Positions 41,539-55,936 of a stretch of 64,000 nt of DNA are shown piece by piece. Within the stretch, counting starts at the first letter, position 1; each line of letters begins with the position of its first letter. Source of the DNA: Octopus sinensis (Eukaryota); assembly GCF_006345805.1 (NCBI RefSeq), contig NC_043005.1:74214001-74278000 (forward strand). The letters are read 5' to 3'. The notes below the pieces were generated by a model that ran no database searches, was not told the origin of the DNA, and saw nothing but the letters and a program-made list of their open reading frames with translations. The translations under genes and the position numbers were made by a program.

Positions 41539-41945
41539 AGGAGTGGCCGTGTGGTAAGAAGCTTCATTCCCAACCACATGGTTCCGGGTTCAGTCCCACC
41601 GCGTGGCACGTTGGGCAGGTGTTTTCTACTATAACGTCGGGCCGACCAAAGCCTTTTGAGCGGATTTGGTAGACGGTTAGTGAAGGAAGCCCGTCGTATA
41701 TATATATATATATGTATTTATATGTATGTATTATTATTTGTGTCTGTGTTTGTCCCTCAATCATCGCTTGACAACCGATGTTGATGTGTTTACGTTCCCG
41801 TAACTTAGCGGTTCGGCAAAAACAGAGTGATTGAATAAGAACTAGGCTTGAATAAGAACTAGAATAAGTCCTCGGGTCCATTTGTTCGACTAAAGATCGT
41901 ACTCCTGTATGACCGCAGTCAAATGACTGAAACGAGTAAAAGAAT
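41539..41945 (+). mobile_element. SINE family A (duplicated at 42271-42678)
   Basis: Full length; private variants are shared with the next copy. Confidence 0.9.
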
Positions 41946-41951
41946 AGAAGA

Positions 41952-41990
<39 letters not shown>

Positions 41991-42008
41991 ATATATATAT
42001 ATTTATTT

Positions 42009-42200
42009 TATAGAAGGAGCTTCTACAGGACTAGAACTGTTTCATTCAAATGAAATCATCAGGAGCTTCCTGATGGTTTCATTTCAATGAAACAGTTCTA
42101 GTCCTGTAGAAGCTCCTTCTATACACATAAATTAATTTACTCTGCTATGTATTGAGTACCTTATTTACTGTGGTTAACCCCGACTCAACCCGGGACCTAC
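42009..42200. mobile_element. Hammerhead-palindrome mini-element, copy 2 (copy 3 at 42711-42903)
   Basis: Plus 42062-42116: GGAGCTTC CTGATGG TTTC-ATTT-CAAT GAAACAG-TTCTAGTC-CTGT A GAAGCTCC. The minus arm carries CTGATGA. Confidence 0.8.
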
Positions 42201-42231
<31 letters not shown>

Positions 42232-42682
42232 ATATATATTATATAATATATATATATGTATGCGTGTATAAGGAGTGGCCGTGTGGTAAGAAGCTTCATT
42301 CCCAACACATGGTTCCGGGTTCAGTCCCACCGCGTGGCACGTTGGGCAGGTGTTTTCTACTATAACGTCGGGCCGACCAAAGCTTTTGAGCGGATTTGGT
42401 AGACGGTTAGTGAAGGAAGCCCGTCGTATAATATATATATATGTATTTATATGTATGTATTATTATTTGTGTCTGTGTTTGTCCCTCAATCATCGCTGGA
42501 CAACCGATGTTGATGTGTTTACGTTCCCGTAACTTAGCGGTTCGGCAAAAACAGAGTGATTGAATAAGAACTAGGCTTGAATAAGAACTAGAATATGTCC
42601 TCGGGTCCATTTGTTCGACTAAAGATCGTACTCCTGTATGACCGCAGTCAAATGACTGAAACGAGTAAATAAGAATAGAAGA

Positions 42683-42715
<33 letters not shown>

Positions 42716-42900
42716 AAGGAGCTTCTATACAGGACTAGAACTGTTTCATTCAAATGAAATCATCAGGAGCTTCCTGATGGTTTCATTTCAATGAAACAGT
42801 TCTAGTCCTGTAGAAGCTCCTTCTATACAATAAATTAATTTACTCTGCTATGTATTGAGTACCTTATTTACTGTGGTTAACCCCGACTCATCCCGGGACC

Positions 42901-42936
<36 letters not shown>

Positions 42937-43042
42937 TATGAAGTTAATCCAAACAAGAAAGCACAAATAAAAAAAAAACAACGCGAGGATGTGGAACAAA
43001 TATAGTATTATTGGACGCTCATGAAGGAAGGGAAGAAGGAGG

Positions 43043-43077
43043 GTTTAACGTTTCGAGCGGAGCTCTTCGTCGGAAAC
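43043..43077 (-). ncRNA. Minimal hammerhead-like motif in a Penelope-like terminal fragment (about 42930-43150)
   Basis: GTTT CCGACGA A GAGC-TCC-GCTC GAAAC GTT AAAC. Confidence 0.6.
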
Positions 43078-43576
43078 ATAGGAGAAGGAAAGATCCAGAG
43101 AAGGGAAGACAGAGGGAAAAAAAATCGCCAACGGTGCACACGCGGTCACGGTGCTTTTCTTTGGTACAAAGCCTTAAAGGGACACAGTTGTTAGAAGGCT
43201 GTAGAGTATACACTTACATACCTACATGTATATGTACGCACATATATGCAACATACACACGTATATGCATTCTTATGTGCCATACTATAGCCAATAGGAT
43301 TACATGCTCTCCGAACTATTGCTTCAGTCAGTAAAAAAGATCAATGGAACGAAACCTTGTTTCTGATTTGTATTCCTGTTTACTATACATATGAGGAACC
43401 CTCAGAAACACATACACTTATACAGATTCATATCCGTATGAATTTGTGCACGTATTACTATTAATATATGTACATATTTGTGCGTGTGCGCACGCGTGTA
43501 TGGATGTGTGTGTCTGCATGTATAAATGTGTGTTTGTTTGTGTATTTACATACATACATACATATACATACATACA

Positions 43577-43612
<36 letters not shown>

Positions 43613-43667
43613 CAAAACATATATATATATATATATATATATGTTTGTGTGTGTGTGTATATATATG

Positions 43668-43726
<59 letters not shown>

Positions 43727-43922
43727 GTATGTATATGTAAGTGTAAAATAGATCTAAATGTATATGTGAATGTGTGTACATATAATATATATATATATAT
43801 GCATGTATGTGTACAGACCGGGGAGGAGAGGGGGAAAACAAAGCGAGGGAGCGTGAGAGAGTGACAGACAGATGGTTGTCTATACAAACATACGTTAATA
43901 CTGAAGTACACACACACACACG

Positions 43923-43963
<41 letters not shown>

Positions 43964-44594
43964 ACACACGCAACGCACACACACATTGCATAGACATAAA
44001 ATTGGCGTGCAAGCGAGTAATCCCTATGTGGTCTGGTTTCAATCAGAACCCGAGTGATGCCACATTGATTAAGAGCTATACAGCCTCCATTTTGGATACT
44101 ATATGATATATATGTAAGAAATAGGTGGCTCTTACTTACGGTGTATTCATATTGTAATCTGTTTCGGCTGCAAAGTAACTGGCGAAGACATTGAGTCAGA
44201 AGATAGCAGCTAGCGTCAGAAGGATGTTTGTGTTAAATGGGTGAAAATTTGTAGACATATTGTGTCTGACTGCTAACCATTCTGACATGGCCTGACAGCT
44301 GTGTACTCAGTACACGAAGTGGTTTTGCGGTGTATGTACGCGTATCTGTCTGATGGTGTATGTGTTTGTGTGTGTGTGTGTGTTTGTGTATGTATGTGTG
44401 TGTACTTTTGTGTATGCGGTTGTGTGTGTGTGTGAGTGTCTGAGTGTGTGTGTGAGAGAGAGAGAATGTCTGCATGAGTGTACACACACACACATACACC
44501 TACTCTCACTCAAATGGACGCATGTATACGTATATACTTACAGAAATGTATATATACTCATATGTATGTTGTGTGTATATATATATATATATAT

Positions 44595-44631
<37 letters not shown>

Positions 44632-44632
44632 A

Positions 44633-44828
44633 TGACTTGTTTCAGTCATTTGACTGCGGCCATGCTGGAGCACCGCCTTTACTCGAACAAATCGACCCAA
44701 GACTTATTCTTTGTAAGCCTAGTACTTATTCCATCGGCCTCTTTTGCTGAACCGCTAGATTACGAGGACGTAAACACGCCAACCTCGGTTGTCAAGCGAT
44801 GTTGGGGGAACAAACACAGACACATAAA

Positions 44829-44887
<59 letters not shown>

Positions 44888-44985
44888 TTATGTACGACGG
44901 GCTTCTTTCAGTTTTCGTCTGCCAAATTCACTCACAAGGGTTGGTTGGCCCGAGGCTGTAGTAGCAAGCACTTGCCCAAGGTGTC
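44633..44985 (-). mobile_element. SINE family A, 5'-truncated
   Basis: Tail and body match; tRNA head missing. Confidence 0.85.
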
Positions 44986-45387
44986 TCGCACCTTTGCGAT
45001 CTCTAGGGGTCATCAGTTGCATCTCCACGTAGAAACTAGTCATACCGGTTTCGTCATCGCTGTTCTCTGAATTTCAAAGTCAGTGAACAGCGATGACCAA
45101 ACCGGTATGACTTTCTATATTGACTCATAAGAATGATTTTTATACTTCTTAATTCCACCTCAACCTATTTATTTGTGTGTATAGATCTTTGTTTTATTTT
45201 AATAAAAGCCATTACTGTTATACCTAAGTGTGTATTTTCTTTGGTTCTTTCTACTTTTACCCTAGTTATACCAAGTGTAGTCTTCTTTCTTTGAAACATG
45301 TTTCTATTATATATATATATATATATATAATATATATATATATATAAAAGTTTACATATACTTTTTCTATCTATCTATCTATCTATC

Positions 45388-45435
<48 letters not shown>

Positions 45436-46374
45436 TATGAGCTACTTGCCACAGGCATTAGACTGCGGCCATGCTGGGGCACTGGTTGAAGATTCTCAGT
45501 CGAACGAATTGACTCCAGTTCTTACTTTTTAAGTCTGATGCTTCTCCCATCGATTTTTTTTGTTGAACCGCTATAAGACAGTCGTGTAGCGGTGATAGGA
45601 GAGAGAAAGACATACACGCAGACACATGCACATACGCACACACGCACGCACACATACACGCACACACACACACACACATGCACCAGAACACACGCTCTTT
45701 CTCATTCACACACACAAGCTCTCTCTCTCACACACACAGAAGCAGACATATATACGTATTCAATTTAAAACCTATGCGCTTCTCGTTTCCTAAAGTTTCT
45801 CCAGAAATATAGATATAAAACCAAAAATCAAAAAATAAATTAAAAACTAAAGTTTTAAAAAATAAACAGATTTAACCCTATGATAATCAGCTGTTCCGCC
45901 CATTCAAGTCTTGATTTCAATCGTAAACAAATGTTCAAAATGGCGTCCTTCAATTTCATCGCATATTTTGTTTGTTAATTCTTTCTAGCTTCCGTTCAGA
46001 GTAGAAAATATAATAATATCAGTTAGACAGCATGTAAGCAATCTAAACATCGCTTTAGCGAATGATGCTAACAGTGATGGAACGTCTATGATAAATTTTG
46101 CTGAACAATAACTTGTGTCGTATACATTTCCGTCTGAGCTTCGTGATATTTGCCCCCCACCACCACCACCACCGCCAATTCTTCAAGGCGGTGCCCCAGC
46201 ATGGCACCAGTCTAACGATTGACACAAGTAAGATTTAAAAGATTATATGTATGTAAGCAGAAAATGGAGATAAAATTGATTTGCATCAATTGTTATTTAT
46301 TAATTGATTAAATATGATAATTGATGTACATTAGTAGTCATTTATCAAAGTTATCTCTATTTGCTGCTTTATAC

Positions 46375-46450
<76 letters not shown>

Positions 46451-46713
46451 ATATATATATATACATATATATATACTCACATATATACGACGGGATCCCA
46501 AAGCTTTGGTCGGCACGAGGCTATAGTAGAAGACCTGCGCAAGGTATCACGCAGTGGGACTGAATCTGGAACCATGGGGTTGGGAAGCAAACTTCTTACC
46601 ACACAGCCAGCCTGCATATGTATGCATGTATGTATGTATGTATGTATGTATGTATGTATGTATGTATGTATGTATGTATGTATGTATGTATGTATGTATG
46701 TATGTATGTATCA

Positions 46714-46776
<63 letters not shown>

Positions 46777-49513
46777 ATATATATTTGTATATAGTAAGCA
46801 CATAAATATGAAACAAAGTGGGAGGAAAGTGGTACTCGAATACCGGAGGTAGAGTAATATGCTCTATTATTAAAGCAGCAAAAACATCACAAAAATATCA
46901 CAAAAAAAAAAACTGTTGCTCAGAGTTTCACGGTCCCGTTCGTGGAGCAGTTGTGATCAAGAATTGAATATAAATTGTGATGTATAATTTGAAATGATTC
47001 AAAATGAGGGATACACATTTGAAATCGATTGATTGTAATTTTATTTTTATTTTTGTTTTTATTTTTATTTTTGTTTTTATTTTTATTTTCTATTGGCATA
47101 TTTGCTCTCTGAACTTGCATACTTCTGAAAGACCGTTGCTGAAAACAACCAATCAAATTCAAATGTGTATCCGTCATTTTGAACCATATAAAAATAGACA
47201 TTATACGTGCAATCAGTTTGGTTGTGTTTGATAAGCTATGCGGATACACATTTGATATTAATCAATCGATGCTAATATTAAAATATTTGCCTTAAAGTTA
47301 GCTTCAACCGAGCGGGCAGCGCACCCCGGTATAATGATTTTCCGCATGTATTTATAGATAATATACTCAGGTAGTGAAACCAGTTCATTTCCCTTTGAAA
47401 TGATGACGATGATGAAGATAAAAATGGTTTCAAAGTTTGGAACAAAGCCAGTAATTTCGGTGGAGGGGATACGTCGATTATCTTTCTGCCATTGTCGAAG
47501 ATGTGAATAGTGATGGTTTAAAAACAGCAGCCTTTAGATCGTCCTGCTGCTTATCTCCATTTCTCTGCCTCTTGCGCGCTCACTCAAGCAGAAAGTCCTT
47601 AAATAATCTTTAATGTCACATGTGTTGCAACAAAGCATTCTGTCATGCACCACCTGTCTCAGTACCATTTCTTCTGTCTCCTCAACATGACTCGATGTTG
47701 GTGGTGGTGGGTATATAATTGGGAATTGTATCTGCACTGACATCGTATCCAACCACATTTCGCTCCTGAGTACCTTTGCGCTAATCACCTGTCCATGTCG
47801 TGCTTCAAATGTAATAATAATTCGAGTGAACGTCCTTTTCAATATCTCGTTTTATTTCGAACTTTATATTGTAGTACTAAAGGAATTGTTCGGTGTGTGA
47901 AACCCCAGATCGGTTTTCCTCTTTATTCAGTTCCCAATTTCATATCTCAGCTTACATTACAGTAAACTCTTCTCCAACCAACTTAGGACATTTCGCTCCA
48001 TACAAGGGCCAGATCCAAATTTACTTTTCTCTTTAATGCACAGGAAAGTTCGATACGCTTTTAAAGAAGCAGACATAGTTAAAACTATCTCCTCTTATCT
48101 CTACGAGGAACAGCTTTGGCCGGAATGTACTCTTCCTGTTTACAAAATTCTGTCCAACCAATTTTTCTCATCCAGGTGATCCATAGATAATACCTGTTTC
48201 TGTTTTCTGGTAGTACGGTGGACCAAAAATTCCAATCATTGTCTGTCAAATTTTGTTTTCTTTTTTCACATGTATTTATAGATAATATAGCGTATGCATT
48301 ATATTTGCTGTTTTTGCTTTAGCTGTATCGCTGGAAATGTTTGAGTTAATGGCACTGTTGTCTGTCAAAAACTCATTATCATTTACGCGTCGAAAGTTTA
48401 CGACCCGCTATATAATTAAATTTGCTTTTGTTTGTTAGCTTTATATTTGCATTCAGTTGCCTTTCTCGGTGGGCGTTGGGCGTTGTCTTCGGAGGAAACC
48501 CATCTTAAGTTGAATGTAAACACAATAAGATTAGATTCAATAGCTAACCAGTAATGTTGAAGAACTGATTTATTTTGTTTATTTTTGTGGGGGTTATTGT
48601 AGTTGTACGGCTTTTGCTGTTCTCTACAACCTTTTTTACTCATCTACTTATCCTTTTCTTCTAAGCAAGGAGCCTGATTGCCTTCCAGTTAGCACCCAAA
48701 TGGTGTACGACTCTGGGAAAGCTTTGTGATCTCTAGGAGCCATTAGCTGCATGTCCACGAAGTACCCAGCCAATCACATATTTTACATGACTTTCTTGAT
48801 CCTCATTATTCTGTACTGAGTTGCAATTGTGACAGAGATCCAAGGGCCAATCTCCGTACTAACTAATGTGCGTGGTCTTGATCCTTGTGTTCCATTTCTC
48901 TATATGTGGTAGTACCAATCTTTGGTCCTACTACACAATTTCCCACTTCATGAACCTCATATTGTGTTGTCCCATGCACTGAGACACCAAACTGGAGGTG
49001 TATAACGCTCCCGTTCACATTGCATTCTTGCTCCATTTTCAGTTTTCGTGACTTAGTATACGGTCCTATAAGCCTTATCTTGTCTGAGGGGGCGGGTGAT
49101 ATAATTCCACAAATCGTCAAGATCTACTGCCAACTGCTACTCTGAGGGCATAAGAAAAGTTCCTTGTCTTTTTAAAGGCGCTGAGATGTTATTTGCTTTT
49201 CACTTGCACTTAGATAAAGACCTTCGACAGAGTCACATAAATTCTATTTTTCGTACGTTACAAATGCCCATTTTTCTGTTAAAGGCATCGCTTACAAAAT
49301 AATTGTCAGCACACAACAGATTCAATCCTTAAATGTTTTTTATTTACTTCGTTTTGAGAACTGAGCAGTTGTTATCTATGAAATCTTTAAATTGTTCAAA
49401 TTGTTATTTTTAACTGCCGAATTATAAATATTTAAGTTTTCGAGTGCACATCATGTCTTGCTTGGCCGTAAAATTTCATCTCATTTATATACATACGTAT
49501 ATATATACATCTA

Positions 49514-49585
<72 letters not shown>

Positions 49586-49640
49586 ATATACATATATAAC
49601 ATATATATATATATGTTTCTTTATTAGCCACATATATATA

Positions 49641-49683
<43 letters not shown>

Positions 49684-49699
49684 ATATATATTTCTATAT

Positions 49700-49905
49700 T
49701 GCCCACAGGGGGCTAAACAAAGACAGACAAACGGATTAAGTCGATTACATCGACCCCAGTGCGTAACTGGTACTTATTTAATCGACCCCGAAAGGATGGA
49801 AGGATAAGTCGACCTCGGTGGAATTTAAACTCAGAATGTAACGGCAGACAAAATACTGCTAGGCATTTCGCCCGGCGTGCTAACAATTCTGCCAACTCGC
49901 CGCCC
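49700..49905 (-). mobile_element. SINE family B
   Basis: Reverse complement of the full B element. Confidence 0.85.
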
Positions 49906-50008
49906 TAAATACTATATACTATATATACATACCATATACTATGTACTATATACTGTACATATATATAGCGTATAGTATCTAGTAAGATGAAACAAGTTAA
50001 AAAATATG

Positions 50009-50123
<115 letters not shown>

Positions 50124-53013
50124 GTGTGTGTGTGTGTATGTTTGTGTATGTATCTCTAACTGCGATCACTCGTATATCTGACACGTGACATACTGTGCAT
50201 TTGCGCCGCCAATGCCGATTTGATAGAGGATGTGGGCTCTTGTACAAGCATTTCATCACTATAAATATACCATTTGTACATGTTGATTCAGCAACAAACT
50301 GTGGGGTCGTCTTTGCATGTGTGTGTGTGTGTCTGTGAGATTGTTCCTTGTATAATCATATTCAGTTTCAGTTTTGGTGCGAGAGGGGCCATTTCTTTGA
50401 CGAGAAGCCATCTTGCGAAGAAACGTCAACATAAACAGAACATATACAACTATACCGAATATGACAGACCATATGTCTCTGCTGGTATGTAACCGTAATC
50501 TTACGCAACGAAACACCTGTCGCCATGGTTGAGATTTTTCAACAGGTTAACACCTGCTTTGATAGTATAGGGCATAGGTCACAACCTTATATGAGGTAGA
50601 TTTCTGGAAATTTTCCAAGAAGATAAACGGCTTCTGGAACACAAATACCCACACCCATATGTACTTAGACACATGCATACACGTATGTGTGTCGAGGCGT
50701 TTAGGCCTCTCTGTGTGCGTGTGCATCGTGTACGTATAAATATTTATTATTTGTAAAGAAGAATGTTGTTGAGAGTGGCTTCGAAGTGTCAGTTTATCTG
50801 ACCGAAATTTCGAAGTCACTGTCAACAACATTCTCGTTTAAGAATAAATTTGTACGTTTCAAAAATTATAGCGGAACCCGTCAGATTAATGTAAAATTGT
50901 TTTTATCGTAACTGAACATTGATATATATGTATATATATATATAATTAATAGTTATCACCATACTAATATGGCAGTCTTATAAATATAAGACTGCCATAT
51001 TAGTATGGCGATAACTATTAATTTCCAGTAACGCTGCCGTAATCTCCTTTAGAGAGACTTAGTAATTTTAATATTTCTATTATATATATATATATAAATG
51101 ATGAGGGAAACGGAAGATGGATTAGTACGAATCCTTACTCAGCACGACACACTGCAGATTTCCTGATGAAAATCCAGTGAAAATTACGATATAATTATAT
51201 ATACTTGCCGAATAGCCTGTCGTTGCTAGACAATTTTTATATAATTTTTTGTTTATTCGATGTCAGACCATGCCTTCCCCAACAGATATACTTCTTGATC
51301 AAGACAGATTTGTGCAATTTTCTGAAAAAAAAAAAATCATCGTTGTGCATTTTTCCTTCGACCGTTTCACATTAATTTATTCAATAATACTTCAGAAATT
51401 CTTACAACTTTGGTTGTCGTAATGCTTTGCTTTCGTTTGTTTAATAAAAGTTCCTCCTCCTAATAATTTTGCTTCCATTTTGTGAGAGACGCCTATCATG
51501 CAGAAAATGCCGGCTACCAAATCCTCTTCTTTGTTAGGTAAAATTTATTAAACTTTAAACCTCAGTAGCATTTTTCTGTAATTTCTGAACAAATAACAAA
51601 ATCGGAGTTAACGTGGAAAATTATTTCAATACACCAAATTTGAAAACTTTGACGTAAATTTGAAATCTCACAATATGTGACAGCAACAGGGATGACCCTA
51701 CAAAAGCAGAGAAGCAGACATCACGCCCCCCCCCACACACGCACACACATTTACAAGTGTGCATACAGATAATCACGATTTTAAAATGGTATATAGTAGA
51801 CATATGTGTGTATGTACGTCTATATGCATATGCATGGTGTGCGTGTGAGTGTTTTTTTGCTATAGACATCAGAATAGCTACCTATTCTCCTTAAAGTTAC
51901 GTATTCCTCACACACACTTTTCTTAGTGTGCGTGCGTGTGTGTGTGCGCACGCGCGCTGTATCTCTCTATTTACGACAGTATGTATGAAGCGTCGCATGT
52001 ATATGACAGCTGTATTAACGTAACACCTCATTACAACTCAATATTTGTCGCTTACATAGCGCTGTTTTCCCCTTCCCTGATATAAGGCACCCTCTCTCTG
52101 CTACTGCGTTTTCCTCCGACTAATATTTTTTGCACCCTTCTCATTTTATCATATAATTCGTTCAGTCCCACTGGAGGACACATTACAGAGTTTTATTGAA
52201 ATCCACTTAGCCTGGATGAACTGGATGTTCGTACAACATGTAAGCAAAGTTTCGTGAATATTGGTTCGCTGGTTTAGGCACCGCGACGGTAACAGACAGA
52301 CAGAAATTGCCATTTATAATAAATAAAATATGTATATATGTAGTTATGTACGTGTATGTATCAAAGGATCAAAGATACTTTTCGAATCACAGACTTACAT
52401 GACCGTTTTTTTACCGGATTCTGTGGCATATATATTTACTATGTAGTCAAGACGCCGGTCCGTCACAGTATTACACATTTTCATCCCCTGAGTGAAGATG
52501 CGCAACGCAAAATGCCGTATTTTGCTGAAGAACACCATGCATTGCCCGATCTAGGAATCGAAATAACAATTTTACGATCATCTGTGCAACACCCTAATCC
52601 CCAAGTCACGCGCCTCCACTCATAGATATATAATTACACACACACACACACAGACACACACAAACACACACACATACATCAATACATATATATAATTGTT
52701 ACCTTGTTTATGAAGAGAGTAAGCCTAATAGTTATTAGAGAAATTGACACCAGGTAGGTGGAGTAACTATATAGTTAATGTCAATTTCATTGCAACGTTT
52801 GTATTTTATATCGCTTTTCAAACGTTCATCATACGCACAACCAGATAAACACACACATACAGTCGTATTCATATACGTGGACAATTATCTATCTATCTAT
52901 CTATTTGACTAATCAAAAATCCAACAAATACTGAGCGAGTGAACGTGCTTTACCGGCAAACTACGAATTATATACCATACGATTTATTAACTAATAATAA
53001 TAATACTAGTAAG

Positions 53014-53091
<78 letters not shown>

Positions 53092-53099
53092 GTGATGAT

Positions 53100-55093
53100 G
53101 ATAGCATCCCCCACACATGGATCCTCGAAACACTAGCCATTAACAAAGTAGCACCAACAATTATAAAATTCATAGAGCACTCTATGAATAAATGGCAAAC
53201 AGTGCTGCAGCTCCAAACAAAAGAGGGACTCATGAAAACCAAAGCCATCCCCATTAGAAGAGGAATATTCCAGGGAGACACGCTCTCTCCACTCCTTTTC
53301 TGCTTGGCACTGTCACCTCTATATGATATGCTAAATAGAACTGGATGCGGATATAAATGTTACGGCAAAACGATCAGCCACCTTTTATATATGGATGACC
53401 TAAAACTATACACTGCAAATGACAAACAGCTGGAAACACTATTAAAGACAGTTCATGGATTTACCAAAGAAATAGATATGAAATTTGGATTAGAAAAATG
53501 CGCCAAAGTAACCATGAAAAGAGGAAAACTAGTTAAGAGTAGCAACATCACACTAGATAAAACCAATGAAATAAAAGAATTAGACCAAAGCCAAACTTAC
53601 AAATACTTAGGAATCCATGAACTAGACAAGACACAACACACACAAATGAAAGAGAAAATTAAAAAAGAATATTATAGACGAGTTAGATCAATACTAAAAC
53701 AGAGCTCAATGCTAAAAACAAGATAATAGGTATTAACACTTTAGCTGTCCCAGTTATAAGTTACAGCTACAATATCCTTAACTGGACACTAAATGAACTG
53801 ACCAAAATAGATAGGAAAACAAGAAAAATAATGACAGGATCTAGGATGCATCACCCAAAATCTGACATAGAAAGACTATATATACAACGTATAGAAGGTG
53901 GTAGAGGCCTTATACAGCTGGAAAACTACTATAAACCACCATAGGACTGCAAAAATATCTACTTCAGAAGGAAGGAAAACTTATACAAATAGCGGTAAAA
54001 CACGAGCAAAACAAAAAACTGTTCTCAGTATTTAAGGAAGCTGACAAATACAAACAAGAAATCATACCACCTAATAAATATGAAGAAGAAGAAGAAGAAG
54101 AAAAAAAGAAGAAGAAGAAGAAGAAGAAGAAGAAGAAGAAGAAGAAGAAGAAGAAGAAGAAGAAGAAGAAGAAGAAGAAACAACAAAAGCTATAAAACAA
54201 ATGAAATCCAAACTAAAAATAGAACAGCAACGAACCATGATAAAACGATGGCAAGAAAAGCCCCTTCATGGTAAATACTGGACTAAACTAAACGCAAAAG
54301 AAATAGACAAAGAAAAATCCCAGCAATGGTTGAGAAGCTCAGGACTCAAAGCAGAGACAGAGGGATTTTTAATTGCAGCACAAGACCAAAGCCTCCCCAC
54401 CAGAAATTACCAAAAACATGTAATGAAAAGAAATACAAGTAACTGCAGAATATGTGGAGATGGACAAGAAACAATAAATCATATTCTCTCTGGCTGCCCA
54501 GTCCTGGCTAAGAAGGAATATATTCACAGACATGACAGAGTTGGAACCTGCATACACTGGAAGCTATGCCAACATTATGGAATAACAACAGAAAAAAGAT
54601 GGTATAGGCACACACCAGAAAAGGTCACAGAAAACGAGAAAGCAACCATACTCTGGGATATGCCGATAAACACAGATAGAGAAATTAAGGCCAACAGACC
54701 AGATATAGTTGTCAGAGATCATGAAGAAAAAAATGCTTTCTAATTGATGTATCAATACGGGCAGATGACAACGTGTCTCTAAAAGAAATGGAGAAACTTT
54801 CAAAATACAAAGACCTGGAAATAGAGGTAACCAGAATGTGGAATCTAAAAACAGAAACAATTCCTATCATAGTAGGTGCATTAGGCATGATAAAAAAATA
54901 TTCAGACAAATACATAACAAAAACACCAGGACTTACAAACACATATAACATACACTAGGCACTGCACACATCCTACGCAGAACACTTTCCATACAATAAC
55001 CATCAGAGCATCACAACAAATCACAGCACATACCCAAGGCACACAGAGCTGCGCTCGGTATTGAAGTGAAAGCACGCTATAAAAATAAAACTA

Positions 55094-55096
<3 letters not shown>
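53100..55096 (+). mobile_element. 5'-truncated R4/Dong-clade non-LTR retrotransposon (RT plus restriction-like endonuclease), frameshifted
   Basis: RT motifs GIFQGDTLSPLLF and HLLYMDDLKLY; CCHC knuckle CRICGDGQETINHILSGC; RHD..H; RPDIVV; C-terminal GTAHILR with stop at 54997-54999; (TAA)n at both ends. Confidence 0.93.
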
Positions 55097-55170
<74 letters not shown>

Positions 55171-55446
55171 TAATAATAATAATAATAATAATAATGATGA
55201 TGATAATGATAATGATAATAATAATCCTTTCTGCTGAAGGCACAAGGCCTGAAATTTGGAGGTAGGGGGACTAGTCGATTACCTCGACCCTAGTGTGTCA
55301 CTGGTACTTAATTTATCAACTCTGACAGGTTGAACGGTGAAGTCGACCTCGGCGTGCTAACGATTCTGTCAGCTGGCCGCCTTAAGTGCTGCTGCTACTA
55401 CTACTACTATTACTACTACTACTACTACTACTACTAACAATAATAA

Positions 55447-55478
<32 letters not shown>

Positions 55479-55936
55479 ACAATAATAATACTAATAATAA
55501 TCGAGCATGTAGTTTCTGCTTTGCTGAACGTATCCATTCTGGTGATGGCGTTCATGACCAAGTGGACCGATTCTTGTGTGTACGTGTGTATTTGATTGTG
55601 CTTGTGCGTGTATTATTTCGTTTCTGCAATTGTTTTGCAGCATTCTTCATGTGAAAATCTTGAGTTGAAACAGATGTTATATCTTGGGAGGATCAATTTT
55701 CCAATGAGAAACACACACACTCACACACACTGATTCCGTTTCACTACTTTATATTTTTACTCATCAACTTGTTTATCAATTAACCAATTTACCGCTCGAC
55801 TGATTGTCTAATGGTTCGATTAATGAGCTGGTTTGTCTGAATCCTTGTGTTACCTTTTGCGATGTCATCAACGACATGTCTTCGGTCCTCCTGACCTGTC
55901 TCAATGTCATTAATATTCTGTTACGTTTATATGTTA

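Noticed and set aside
50372-50484. Candidate plus-strand exon (FGARGAISLTRSHLAKK..), and similar AG..GT candidates at about 360, 910, 14060 and minus 61750-61820
   Set aside because: They have splice-like ends and open frames but no recognisable domain, and cannot be chained into a gene; such matches are expected by chance in 64 kb.
51160-51190. CTGATGA..GAAA motif
   Set aside because: No pairing for stems I, II or III.
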